From: Lama guanicoe
Taxonomy: Eukaryota
DNA length: 64,000 nt
Direction: 5' to 3'
Assembly: GCA_013239625.1 (NCBI GenBank)
Contig: MU053557.1
Span: 4,432,123-4,496,122 of the forward strand
Shown in pieces: positions 47,321-60,439 of this stretch. Position numbers and translations under genes: made by a program. The notes beneath the pieces are model-generated. The model saw nothing but the letters and a program-made list of their open reading frames with translations, did no database searches and had not been told where the DNA came from. Position 1 is the first letter of the stretch. Each line of letters opens with the position of its first letter.

Positions 47321-49369
47321 TCTCCTTCCCTTAATGAAGAGAATTAAAGGAGAATTAAGTTGTGCACAATTGTCTGCTATGTGACTTAATTGCTTTTAAC
47401 GTTGTAATAATTGGTCACAGGATCAATGAAATCATGTTCTAATCCAGCCCTCTCAGTTTCCAGAGGGAGCTGGGGCCCAGAGATGGGTGGCAACTAGACC
47501 AAGGGTGAACAGCACCTGAATGGCAGAGCGGACACCAAACCATGACTTCCTGTGTCCCTGCCCAGACCCATATGTTCTGCTGCAGTGGGCTGCAGATCAC
47601 CAAGCAACTAAATAAATTCTTATATTTGCTCTTCACCATGATTGAAGGCCAGTCCTGATCCACCTCACTTTTGCATGGGAAGAAACCAAAATACATCTCA
47701 AAGTGGCAGACATGGTGATCCCTCTCCTCAGCAAAAATCCAATTTTTCTTTTTTCTCCTTGTTTCTTCCATCCACTCATTTTCCATGTGTTATACAAGTT
47801 CTTCTAGTAAAAAAAATCCACCAAGATCCCCAACAAACCCAGCAAGTTTGTAGAGACGTCTAACATTCCACGTCCTCAGTTAACCTGCTGTGATAAGGAA
47901 CTGAATGGGGAAAAATACCCAGTCCCACCCCTTAAGGATCCTTCGTCCTATAAAACTCTCAGTGTGCAAATCCTATAGTGAGCGGCCCTCACCACATGCT
48001 GACTGTTAAATCAGGCCTAGGAGATAGAGGTGGGGGAAACGAGAAGGTCACCTGCAGTTTGCCTGCCCCCAATCCACCTCAAAGAGTAGCTCTTGGCCAT
48101 GGTCCCAGGGAGATCATCACTGTCAGGGACACGAAGCCATCTGCCTGTTAAGGAGGGAGCATTCTGGCATCCCTGCTCATGCTGTTTCTCCGGGAAGATG
48201 ACGCCAGGGTTTCAAATCACCTCTCACAGGACAGGAGGGAGGGAAAGGTGACAGTTCGTGAAATCTGGCTGCTTTTCCCTCTTTCCTTTGAAGCTGGCAC
48301 AGGAACATTTTAAGGTTCCTCAGAGGGACTGAAATCCATGCTTTATGGTGACAACTCTCAAGTTCAGCTTTTCCTTGCCTGCCCAACATTCCAGGGCAGA
48401 CTGCACCTATTTATCTTACATGAGCAGTACAATAACCCTGTGCCCTCCAGGACTGGTACCGTGTGAGTGTCCAAAAGCAAAGACAAGTGACTCTTGTTCC
48501 TAATGTGGAAAGAGCAGGACTTCCTACGATACAGCTGGCGTTTCCTGAAATAGAACATGATTTGAGCAAACGGTTTTCACTAGGCAGGCAGGAAAAGCCG
48601 AGTGTGGCTTGATGTTTCATTAGTGGTGACTCAGACCCTCGCTCCTGGGCGCCTGCTCATCCTGGCTGGGTCTGACTTTTTTCCAGTCACCAGGTTCAGG
48701 CGCCAGATTCCTTCTTTGCCAGTGCTCATTGTCCTGCCAGCCTATTTGATTTCCTGGGTAGGCCGTGCCCCTGTCCTTCCTCTTATGTCATTTACACTCA
48801 GTTCCAGTTTCTATTTTGAAATTGATTAGGTCTTGATCAGCCACTCATGTCCATTTGCAGAGCACTTCCTGTCCAGTTCGGCCTCCATCTGGAAGAGATG
48901 GTGATTTATGTTTATCTCAACCGGAGGCTGGGATTTTTCTGAAACTGTTTTCAAATTTCAGGCATATGCCCAGCCGCTACCAGAATTAGTTGGAGAAGAG
49001 TGTATGGAGGGTGGTGATTCAGCAAAGACTGTCTCGGACATGCTGCATCACCCAGCCTCCATTCCTAGACTCTCCATGTTATCTCAAATTGGCTCTCATT
49101 CAGTCAGCATTTAGTGGGTCCTGACTGTGAACCAGGCACTGTGCTGGGGCCACAGACATGAAAAAAACCCGGTCCCTGATGCTCAGATTACACTCCAACA
49201 TGGAAAGGTCTTCACAGAGTTATTACCAAAACACTGTGGTAGTTACAGAGAGGGGCAGCATGATCTAGCCACTGTCTGCCTCTTCAGCATGGCTCACAGC
49301 ACTCTTAACCTCCTCACCCGGCTTAGTCCTTTCCTGCCCTTCGTTCTGTTCATGCAAAGCTCTGTGCTC

Positions 49370-49520
49370 CTTGGAACAACAGCATCAGCGTCACCTCAAG
49401 GCTGATGAGATACACGGGACCTGGGGCCCCATTCCAAACCTACTGAATCAGAATCCGCATATTAATGTGTAAGAGTCCCAGGTGATGTGCATGCACTTTC
49501 AAGTTTTGAGATACACTGAC
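49370..49520. mobile_element. MER5A DNA transposon
   Basis: CAGCATCAGCGTCACCT...CCTACTGAATCAGAATCCGCAT...CCCAGGTGAT...AAGTTTTGAGATACACTG. Confidence 0.8.
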
Positions 49521-49639
49521 GTAAGAGGTTATAAGCCTCTGCTATGAACTGTTGAGCTAGCATCTGACTCATTACCGTCCCCTCAGTTTGGTTAGCAAGA
49601 GTCTATTACCCCATACGTTGATTGGAGTGAGTCCTTCTT

Positions 49640-49785
49640 AGACTTTAACGTGAGCACAAATCAACAGGGGATAACACAGATAATACAGTCTGTAGGGCTA
49701 CAGCGTAGGGCCCTGGAGTCTGCATTTCTAACATGCTCCTGGCTAATGACGCAAAGACTGAAGGACCACACTCTGAATAACAAGG
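49640..49785. mobile_element. MER5-family (MER5B-like) fragment
   Basis: GGGCCCTGGAGTCTGCATTTCTAACATGCTCC...GGACCACACTCTGAATAACAAGG. Confidence 0.65.
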
Positions 49786-49999
49786 ATGAGAGGAACCTGA
49801 CAGATCACAGACCAAGTATCTGAATCAGAAAAGCAGAAACCCAGATGTTGCACTTAGGATGACTTTACTCAGGGGAGGTCCCTCCGTTCTGCCTGCACGC
49901 CTAGTGGGCAGGTGGATCCCTGGTCCCCGTGTTCTCAGCACCTTGTTCTGTGTCACAGAGGGGGCCTGCGTCATCACTGAATGAATGAATGAACACCAG

Positions 50000-50505
50000 T
50001 CAGTTCTCAACTCTCCCCTGCGATTCCCTACATTTACCAACCCCCGTAAGTCCCGACCTGACCTGGGTCCTGCCCGCCTCCCTCGCTTCGCTCCTCCCAC
50101 TCACTGCCACCATAAGAGGCTTCTTCCTGTTTCATAAACACACCAAGCTTTCTCCTGCCTCAGGGTCTTGGCAAATGCTCTCCCCTCGACCTGGAATGCC
50201 CTTGCTCCAGCTCTTTCCATAGCTGGCCGCTTCTCACCCTTCACAGCTCAGCTCAAATTTCACCTCCTCAGCGAGGCGGTCCCTAACTGACCTATCTAAT
50301 CCAGTGTAAACACACCCCACCCCAAAACTGTACTGCATTTTTTCTTAGCCCTTGTCAACCTGAAAATATTTCATTTGTTTATTCACTTTTTTTTTCCTGA
50401 TTCTCCTATCAGAAAGGAAACGCTATGAAAGTAGGCACCTTGTCTACAACCCCCAGTCCATAGTAGAAACTCAGTAAGCAGTTGTGGGATGAATGGATGA
50501 ATGAT
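50000..50505 (+). mobile_element. L2 3' end
   Basis: AACACACCAAGCTTTCTCCTGCCTCAGGGTCTTGGCA...CCTGGAATGCCCT...CTCAGCTCAAATTTCACCTCCTCAG...GATGAATGGATGAATGA. Confidence 0.85.
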
Positions 50506-51497
50506 CTAACATACCAGGGAATCTATAATTTGCTTCTGTCGTTGTGACAAGGGAGGGAGAGACTGAGCATCATGTGAGGCCAGAAGAGGAAGCGATCACT
50601 TCCTCCTGGATAAGCAAGTGGGGGTGGTAATCAGGGCAGGCTCCCTGAAGGAGGTGGTATTCCAACTTTAACTTGAGGTGGGGAAAGGGTTTTGATGAGC
50701 AATGAGAGGTGAACGTGGCCACCTCAGGCAGAAAGAACAGTTTGGATAGATAGTGTGGGAGGGCTTAGGGAACAGAGCATACAGCTGACGGGTGGAGACA
50801 GTGCCTGCCCAGCCCAGGGCTCCAGGCAGAGACAGCCCTCACTGCAAGTGTAACAGAGTTTGGCAGGGCTCCTGCAGATGAGCAGATGAGGTCACTGCTT
50901 CTTCAGCCACACCCTTAGCCAAGATGATGGAGCTCAGCTCTCTGATGCAAAACAAGGCATGAAGATGAGACAGGTGGGCCAGGGGGTGGGTGGGCAGTCA
51001 GGATCCAACTCCATCCCCCTCTCCACCTCACTCCAGGGGGCAGCTCTTAAGCCTGCGGGGCTTCTGTTCTCTTGCCTTAAAGGGCCAGACAGTTGTAATT
51101 ATTTCATTAACCCAACTGATAATTGGTCTCAGGTTCAAGTCCCTGTTTAAGCTTAGTAAGAGAAGGAACCACATTGCTCAGCCTTATTCATGGCTCTATT
51201 CTGAGAGGTAAGGTCTGGGAGCCTGGCACATAAAAGCTCCTCAGTAAAGACTCATTCATTCATTCACCACTATTGACGAAGCACCCACGGTGTGCCAGGC
51301 ATTGCACTATACCCTGAGGATGTAGGAGTAACACAGGGTAGCAAGGGTCTCTACACTCTCAAAGGTAGAATTCACATTCTATGTGGGGACAACACATTCT
51401 TGAGGCTGGACTTGGTCAGTCTGACTGTGTGACTTTCGCAAGCCACTGAATTATGTGGGCCGTCAAGAAAACAGAAGAGGATAGACCAGATCACCTA

Positions 51498-51705
51498 GTT
51501 CAGAATTTTGAACTAAATTTTGAAGAATTCTAGGGTTCTGTGGTGCTTGCTGGGTTCAGCAAACAATGACGTGTTTCTCTTAAGAAAGATTTAATTAGCC
51601 TGAGCAAGCTTTTGTTTTGTTTTTTTCTGTTTGGGAGTTCCACTTAAAAGTTGATGTGTAAAGTAAGCTCTGTTGCTAAAGAAAAAGTTGGTTGGAAGCC
51701 ACTAC
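51498..51705 (+). mobile_element. MER103C-like hAT element
   Basis: CTAGGGTTCTGTGG...TGGGAGTTCCACTTAAAAG...CTCTGTTGCTAAAGAAAAAGTTGG...AAGCCACT. Confidence 0.5.
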
Positions 51706-53314
51706 TTTAGTCCAACCTGTCACTCTGGCCATGGTTTAGGCCAGAGGGGAAGAAGGTAGAAACCAAACATGCCTGCATCTTGAGGGCAGCTGAAAGTAGG
51801 GGGGAAAACACTCTGGGAAGGTGGTGTCTGAGGAAAGGCAGAGACGGGGACTAGCCAAACAAAGAGCAGCCTGATAGAGGTCCAGCAAGATGAAGAGAAG
51901 ACAGGCACCTCCCCCTCCGCCCTCCCCTACGTCTTGGGGACATAGAACTGCATGCCTGGTAGTTGGCAACTGCCAGAGAATCTTCTGGGAGGTCTAAGAG
52001 CTGGTCACAGGACCATGGCCACAGGGAGAGAAGAGGGAGCTAAACTAGGTCCCCTCCTGCAAGAAGGTGGGACTTAAATACAGGCAAGATTTATGCCAGA
52101 GCTGAAGTCTAAGGTGGGGATCTGGCTGGTTTCTGAAGGGGGACCCATGACCCATGGTGAAGGTCAGAGTCAGAACTGCAGTAAGTGACTGCTCGAATCA
52201 AGCTACCTGCCTAGAAGTCTTTTAAGTCTCCTGCTAAGGCTTATCCAAAGGTGCGTGGGCAGCAAGGGTTAGGACAGAAACACAGCTCCCTGTACCTGAT
52301 CCTCTGAGCAGAGCTCTTTCCACTACCTAATCCGTGTCATGCACCCTGGGCTAGACTCCAAATCTAAACGGGATTTGCTAAACCTGCCGCAGACAGTGAG
52401 TTGTTCAGTGTTTGGTGAAAGGGAGGAGATCAATTTCTCTTAACTGAGCTCTGGCAGGTGTCCTCAGGAATTAGACTGACATTTGTGTCTTTAGCACCAG
52501 CCCATTAGGGGAACTGGAAGGGCTTTTTCTGTCTCTAGCTCGGCATCTCTGGAGCCGTCTTAATGGTGATCTTTAAGTTCTATCTACATAACACCAAAGG
52601 AACAGAGCAGTTCAGGCCAAAGCTAATAAATTAAAAACTCACTACTATTAGAATAAGTCTGAGAGAGCACCCTGCTCCTTTAGGGGCTGCTATCTTATTT
52701 GCTCCTAGTGATCTCGGGGAGAGCTGGGGGAGTCAGGCTGTGCCCCCACCTTAGCCCCTAGACCAGTTCACCCTGGGCATTGTTCAGGGCACTTAACATT
52801 CTCTGAAACAATAGTCCATTTGTTCATCCATTTTCACATCTTCGCAATCAGAGGGTAAGCCCCGTGAGACAGGGAATGTATCTGTCTTCTTTAAGGGCTT
52901 TATCTCCAGAGCCTAAAACCTGATAAATGCTCAGGAAACAACTGTCCTATGAATGAATGAGGCAGATCTGTATGTTTTGAATAATGCTAATGATGTATTT
53001 TGAGTAAAAAAAAAAAGTTACCTAATGAAATTACTATCATCAAAATTATCCTAGAAATTATTCTGGAAGGGAGATTCAGAAGAAATGAGGAAGGGAGATT
53101 CAGTCATTAATGTTTACAGTTCTATAGTTTGAAATGAAAAAGTGTTGAGATACCATCTCACTACCATCAAACATGCAAAGGCACAAATTTTGGTATCAGG
53201 CTGCACTGGAGAGGACCTGGAAGAAGAAGCACTCTCAAATATTATAGGAGTCTATACTGGCAACTACTATTGGGGGTAGTTTGGCAACATCTATTGAAAC
53301 AACAAACACACACA

Positions 53315-53961
53315 ACGCCATTTGCAGCAACATGGATGTCCCTGGAGAAGGTCATTCTAAGTGAAGTAAGCCAGAAAGAGAAAGAAAAATACCATATGAG
53401 ATCGCTTATATGTGGAATCTAAAAAAAAAGAACATAAATACAAAACAGAAACAGACTCATAGACGTAGAATACAGACTTGTGGTTGCCAAGGGGCCGGAG
53501 GGTGGGAAGGGACAGACTGGGAGTTCAAAATTTGTAGATACTGACAGGCATATGTAGAATAGATAAACAAGATTATACTGTATAGCACAGGGAAATATAT
53601 ACAAGATCTTGTGGTAGCTCACANNNNNNNNNNNNNNNNNNNNNNNNNNNNNNNNNNNNNNNNNNNNNNNNNNNNNNNNNNNNNNNNNNNNNNNNNNNNN
53701 NNNNNNNNNNNNNNNNNNNNNNNNNNNNNNNNNNNNNNNNNNNNNNNNNNNNNNNNNNNNNNNNNNNNNNNNNNNNNNNNNNNNNNNNNNNNNNNNNNNN
53801 NNNNNNNNNTCTTGTGGTACAGCAAAAAAAAAAAATGTGACAATGAATATATGTATGTTCATGTATAACTGAAAAATTGTGCTCTACACTGGAATTTGAC
53901 ACAATATTGTAAAATGACTATATCTCAATTTAAAAAAGTAAAAAAAATTTAAAAATTAAAA
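53315..53961 (+). mobile_element. Young camelid L1 3' end spanning the N gap
   Basis: CGCCATTTGCAGCAACATGGATG...ACAGAAACAGACTCATAGAC...TATAGCACAGGGAAATAT, homologous to 1337-2102; 11-bp TSD AAACACACACA (53304-53314 / 53962-53972). Confidence 0.93.
53624..53810. other. Assembly gap (187 N)
   Basis: Run of N. Confidence 1.
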
Positions 53962-55224
53962 AAACACACACATACCCTTAGCATTCTATTTCATTTCTGT
54001 GGAATTGATCTCACATATATAATCACAAGTACAAGAAACAATGTATATAAAGTTATTGTTGCAGTGCTGTTTATAATAGCAAAATGTTGAAAACCATCAA
54101 AGTTGACACCATTAGAGAACCAGCTAAATAAACTATGATCCCAGTCGTGCAATGGAAAACTTTGCAGCTATAAAGATGAATGAAGATGCACTCTATAAAC
54201 CCATATGGAAAGTTTTCCAAGATAAAAACTTGATTGGAAAAAGCAAAATGCAAAGCAGAGAATATAGCATGCTGTAATTTATGTCTAAACAGAGATAGTA
54301 TGTCATGGAATTGTTTATATATGCACAAAACATCCCTAGAAGAGTACACAAGAAACTAATAAAAATCATTTCCTATAGATAGGGGAAATGGGGGCAGGGG
54401 AAAGAGAGCAGTTCTGCCATTACCTGTTAATTTTTTATTTGGGAACCATGGTGATGCATTATCTGTTCATATAGATTGCTAAAAAAAATTTTGCTAGCAC
54501 AGAGATTGCTAAAAAAAAAAGAACCATTTCAACATATGTGGGCCTTATGAAAGATCATTTTACGGGGCTGTAGCACAGGAGCATCATATCTGGAAACTGA
54601 ACTACACAAGGAAAAGATGTTGGTCGTGGAGCAGCTCTGACGCTGACATCGACATTGATGCTGATGTTAAATCTGGGAAACACTCCTTCCCAGGGCTTCA
54701 GTGCCTCCACCTATAAGATAAGGAGCGTGAAATGGAAACTTTTTAAAGTCCTCTTCTGCTCTGACATTTATTCTATGGCTAGGCTTTACTTAATTTGAAA
54801 CCACACGCTGTAAAAAATACATCCTGTTAAGGCATTTTAAACACCATATTTTGTTTTACTTTGCTTCATTGGTTTCCTTTTTTTTTAATCACCTTTTTAA
54901 GTAAGAGTTCCTTTTGAGAAACTCTCACTGTTATCTCTGCTGAAGGTCACCTGGCCATGAAGATGACTACGGCCTGAGGTACATGGTGGTAGAGAGGACA
55001 GGCCAGGTCCTGAGTGGAAGCTGACCCAGAAAGAGGCAGAGAGTAAGCAAAGAACACCAAGAAACAAATTCACTGGGAGTGGGAGCAGCTCCACGGATGC
55101 ATGCTGAATTCTGGGACTCAGTTCACCCAGATCGATGTTCTAGGAAACCAAATGCAGCCCCCTTCTTCCTACGTCTGCATATGTGGGAGCTAAACTGCTC
55201 TGAGTGATCAGATTTTAGATGATA

Positions 55225-55712
55225 TAAGACACACTGGTTTCATCCCACCAAACTGAATGGTCCCCTTCCAGTAGCAACATTCTACTTTCCTATTTGAGGG
55301 GCTCCTGCTCCTTCCTGTGTGCTTCATCCCTGGGTCTATGCGTCCCCAGCTGGCGCAACAGTGGAATTCTACCCCACCACAGTGATCATCAGGCCCAAAG
55401 CACTGTGGAATAAGATGCTCTCTTCGCTGTCACTATCAAACCTGGGGGAGGAGGATGTAAGATGTGGAGCTGCTGGTCACCATGATGAAACTGCTTGGAA
55501 CTCAGGAACAGAGGAGGGACGGAGGGAAGCAGAGACGAGACGGTGACATCTTTGAGGTACTGCCAACCTGCTCCTGGAGCCAGCTTAGTTGTTAAGTCAC
55601 ATGGGACCAATATATTTCTTTTTTCTTATTATTATTTTAATTATTTAAAATAAAATATTTAAGCCAGTTTGCTTCACCATCTGTGTCCTGCAGTCAAAAG
55701 GACCTGCATACA
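55225..55712 (+). mobile_element. MaLR solo LTR, old MLT1 (K/L-like)
   Basis: GGATGTAAGATGTGGAGCTGCTGGTCACCATG...CACATGGGACCAATATATTTC...TTTAAGCCAGTTTG. Confidence 0.65.
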
Positions 55713-56511
55713 GATGCCAAGTCCAGTGGACTGAGAGTGACTACCTGAAGAACTATACTGAGAAGAACCCTGGGGGTTCATCTGGGCTCATGATTCATGA
55801 TAAAGATATGCCAGGAGAGACGAAAGAAGATGTGTTAAGTGGTGCATCCTTTTGACTAAGATGAAACCCCTGACTCAGCCCTCTGCCTCATTCTGGACTG
55901 GGAAGTGTTCCATTTTCTCCCAAGGCTCGGTCTTTCAGGTTGGGATATGGGAAGGAATTTGTCAGCATGTGTTCCAGAAGAGTAAACGTCCACATTTGCT
56001 TAGAGGTTTAGTGAGTGTTCCTGCCCTCAAAGAACTGTGCTTGGTCCCATAGGTAAATTTCTTCCTGGTACCTGTCCTCAGAGAACTTACACTCTAAAGG
56101 GAAAACCTGCTTCCTGTGTGATCTGGTGTGCTTTGTGCTCCACCCACTTCCCTGACCTCGAACAGTTTGCAACCTATATTTGGTTGAAATGAGTGATGAT
56201 GGTAAAAGCACAATGGATTACAGAAGCAGCATTTTAAAAGTTGACAAAACAGAGGATAAGAAAAGTGAGTCCTGGAGACTGAAGTGATAATGGTTACTCA
56301 CTGATTCATAAACTGGTTTTCCTGGTTCCCCCCAGCTTGGGCAAGCTGATCTGGTTAACTGAGATTCTTCCTGATGGAATGTTTATTAATTCTGATCCCA
56401 TCTGATGTCCTCAGAAAATAGACACTGTATAAGAATGGGGTGCTTTTCTAACAGAAAGCTATTCACTCAAAGCATTTTAAAATCAACACACACACAAGTA
56501 TATATTACTAC

Positions 56512-57132
56512 TTTTTTTGAGGGTTATAAAAGTATAATATACATACAGTCAAATTCATCCTTTTTAGTTACACAGTTCTATGAGTTTAGAAAAATGCACT
56601 CAGTTGTGTTACCACCGCCCCAACCAAAACAGAGAACCACTCCAACACTTCAAGCAATTCCCTCCTGTCCCTTGCTAATCGGCCCTGCTCCCACTCCCAG
56701 CACCTGCAATCACAGATCTGTTTTCTGAACTTATAGTTTCCCCAAATGTCATATCAATGGACTCATACAGTAAATAGCCTTTGGAGTCTGACTTGCTTCA
56801 ATTAGCATAATACATTTGAAACCCATCCAAGTTGTTGCAGGTATCAGGAATCTGTCCCTTTTTGTTACTGAGTAGTACTCCACTGTGTGTATGTACCATA
56901 GTTTGTTTATCCATTCATCAGTGGAAGGACATCTCAGTGTTTCTGTTTTGGCAACTATGAATAAAGCCACCATAAACATTTCTTATAGGCTTTTATGTGC
57001 ACAAGACTTTTTGTCTCTAGAATAAATACCTAGGAGTGGAAGTCTGGTTTAAGTGTATGTTTAATTTATAAGGAGCTGTCAAAGCATTTTCCAAAGTAGC
57101 TGTTTCACTTTGCATTCCCAGCAGGAATGTAG
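56512..57132 (-). mobile_element. L1MB-like 3' end
   Basis: ORF 56749..56979(-) MFMVALFIVAK...CPSTDEWINKLWYIHTVEYYS is L1 ORF2; TAAATACCTAGGAGTGGAA. Confidence 0.9.
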
Positions 57133-57386
57133 TCACCTTCATTTTAAAACAGGTGGGAAGTCATGTTATATAGGTTTAGCTACATGGTCATATCTCCATC
57201 AAGGCTTCAGGGACTTCATGTCCTTGATAGGGGCAAAGAAATCTACAGATATCACACAGTGATTTTTGTGGCATGAGACTCATAGAGAAAAAGACACAAA
57301 TGCAAAACCCTGATGCTTGAAAGGAAGTTAAAGATCACTGGTTCAACATCTTTGAGTAAGGCTGAGTTTTTTTATTCGTTCATTTT

Positions 57387-58023
57387 CTAGTTTTTTTCCA
57401 GCTCTCTTGAGGTATAATTGGCGAATAAAAATTGTATGTACAACATGGCACAATGTCATTATTTGATACATGTACACACTGTGAACTGTTTACCACAATC
57501 AAGCTAATTAACATATCAATCACCTCACAGTTTTTTTTGTGTGGGGGGAGGGGTGGTGATAATTAAAATCTACTCTCTTAGCAAGTTTCAAGTATACAAT
57601 ACAGCCTTGTTAACTGTAGTCAACAGGCCGTACATTAGATCCCGAGAACTTACTCATCCTGCATACCTGAAGCTTTGATCAACATTTCCCCACTTCCCAC
57701 ATTTCGTGTCCCTGGTAACCACTGTCCTCTCTGCGTGTAAGAATTGGAACAGTTTTAGGTTGCATATATGAGTGACATCATGCAGTATCTGTCTTTCTGT
57801 GTCCGGTTTATCTCAGATAGCATAATGCTCTCCAGGTTCAACTATTATTGCCCCAGTGGTAGGATTTTCTTCATGTTTATTACAGCATTATTCACAGCTG
57901 CCAAGGTAAGGAAACAACCAAAGCACTTGTCACCAAACGAATAGATAAGAAAATGTGAGATTATATATGTAGAAACACACAAGGGAATATTATTCAGTCT
58001 TAAAAAAAAAGGAGGAAATCTTG
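57387..58023 (-). mobile_element. L1MA-like element with a 5' inversion (minus 57387-57872; inverted piece 57873-58023 reads on plus)
   Basis: Antisense 3'UTR (TTGAGGTATAATTG...TCTACTCTCTTAGCAAGTTTCAAGTATACAAT) abuts sense ORF2 (ATGTTTATTACAGCATTATTCACAG...GGAATATTATTCAG). Confidence 0.88.
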
Positions 58024-60439
58024 TCATTTTAGTCGATCACTTTTGATCCAGTCATAATCACTGTCTCTCATTAAGGCCCTGCTCCATAGACCCCGGGTTT
58101 ATTGCCCGTGTGAAATTGGGTATGTCACTTAGCTGCTTTAAACTTCAGTTTCTTCATCTCTAAAGGATTTTTATGATCAAGAGAAAGATGTATGGGAAAA
58201 GAGCTCTGGAATCAGAAGCAGTTAAACACTAAGCATTAATAAGAAAACAGACATTGCTCTGAAGTTTACCTTTCTATAGGCAACATTACCATGCCCAGGT
58301 ATTCTTAAAACCTAATAACAAATCATATGATTCCTAAATGTTAACACAGATAACATGAGTTTTAAAGGTTAGAACTAAAAGAACCTTCAAGATCTTCCAG
58401 CAAGTCCTAGCTCTTAATGACAGTCCGTGAAGAAACAGAGGCCTTGAAAAGCCAAGATCACACAAAGTTACTCACTGCAAAGCTAGTCAGAGGACTCAGA
58501 TCTTCCAACCTTGTGTCCCGTGCTCTCATTATCCTGCACAATCTTCTTCTGAAAGCTGGTTTGAACAGCAATCAGACACAACCAAATTCTAGGCTGGTTC
58601 CCACCATAAATGGAATAACCCCCAATCATGCACTATCACATGTCACTATCTTACTTTCTTCTACTAATTCCCACCTTCACTCATTTGTTTACTCTCGGCC
58701 CCAGTGGAAGTTAAGCTCTGTCAGGGTAGGAACTTCTATTAGCTGTCCTGTCTGGCACATAACAGATTCTCAATAAATGTTTGTTGAATGATTACTAGAA
58801 AAACAGATGTTATCAAATAATTCATACTCACAACAGCTTTAACTAAGTGACAGATATCTTCTCTGACAACTGTTTAAGACATCTCTCAGGGTGACTTCTA
58901 GGTGTCACAGGTCAAATGGGAGCACGAGAATTTCTCAGACAACCAGACTTGAGGGGCCTAAATCCCATTCCCATGCCGTAATCGCCCAGTCCTGCTCTGT
59001 CTTGCTTCTGTAAGGGACAGGTTGTCTCAACAGCATCGAGTGTTAACTTGTTAAATCGGTTACACCCAAAAGGGTAGAGATTATTTAACAATGCAAAAGA
59101 TGAGATCATATCAAGAATTCCGAGGAGAGGCAAAGTTTTCAAAGACCCCAGTTCCATGCCAAGGAATTATTGTTTATGAAATAATTTTTGGAAAATGAAG
59201 AATTAACTCAGTAACTAATCTCTTTCATGAGAATTCATTGTGCCTAATTCTAAAATTGGAAATTGTTTATTTTAGGTCCATTCCATAATCCTCTTATTAG
59301 CTTGCTTGTTAGAAGCAATGTGTAAAGCAACTGCTTCTAAATTTAATTTAAATTTTCAGCATAGTACCTTATCTGTATGGAGGAAAAAATACATAATTGT
59401 CAACCATTTTTGTTCTGAAAAAAGATTGGTCCATTTTCCACCATTGGGAATGTTCAGGAATATTCTCACTGGAGTGTAAGTTCCTGGAGGTCAGGAATTT
59501 TACAAGTTTTGCTCACTGGTCTATTTCTAGAGGCTGGAGCAGTGCTGGACTAACAAAAGGAATCTAGTAATTATTTGCTGAATGCATGTATAAATTTGGA
59601 GTTACTTACCCAAGTTGAAACCCTCCCATGGCCTTTTCAGAGAGAGGTAAGACTGGGCCTCCAGCTCTCAGCCCCATCCCAGAGAACTGCATAGTTTTTA
59701 CACCCATGGTCTCAGGCATATTCCATATGAATCCCATGTATTTGTCTGGGTTTCCCACTCAAGCTAACTTACAGTACTTTTCCGAGGGCCTCACTACATA
59801 CAAACACTGAAAAAACTAGGTCCAAGGAACTACTACAGAAACAAAGGGAAACCCTACAATGAAGGAGGTGGAATGATTCAGTGAGGATCATCAGATTAAG
59901 ACTTAGAAGAACAAAGTTCTGGTCACTCCCACACCACTTAACTAACATGTAAAGCTTGCCAAGTCACGTCCTCACTCTAGACCTCATCCAAAAACTGAGG
60001 GGGTTCTTTAGAACATGGGTTTTCTTATCTAAAAATCACTCTGTAGCCCAAGTTGAGTTTTTATACTAAGTGCACCTAAAGGTGAGTCCATCTCCACTTC
60101 TACCACTCCTCCAGATGCCCACAAGAAGGACCTAAGGATGCTGCTGCACCCGCCTCTGGCCAGGGGCAGAGTCTCACCTGACCAGTTTGGGGGCAGAGGT
60201 GACCTGCCTAATATCATTCTTGCATCTCTTAGAGATAAGATTGATTTCTTCAAGCCTCACTAGACAATAAAAACCTGTGCATGTGTGCAAGGAGCTCCAC
60301 GGTGGAAGGCTGAAGAAAACCAGCTGGATTTTGTGAAAAGTAGGCAACAAAGCACCTTTCCCTTTTTTCCATGAAAATGAAAGCAATTTTCAAAAACCCC
60401 ACCCTGGATGGGAGCACCATCTTGTCTTATAAAGCCCCT

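Larger units (their letters stand above)
52960..54480 (+). mobile_element. Old L1ME fragments, host of a younger L1
   Basis: GCACTCTCAAATATT...GTAGTTTGGCAACATCTATTG | CATACCCTTAGC...GCAGTGCTGTTTATAATAGCAAAA...ACACAAGAAACTAATAA. Confidence 0.7.

Noticed and set aside
53419..53902. ORFs containing X runs
   Set aside because: Artefacts of the N gap inside an L1 3'UTR.
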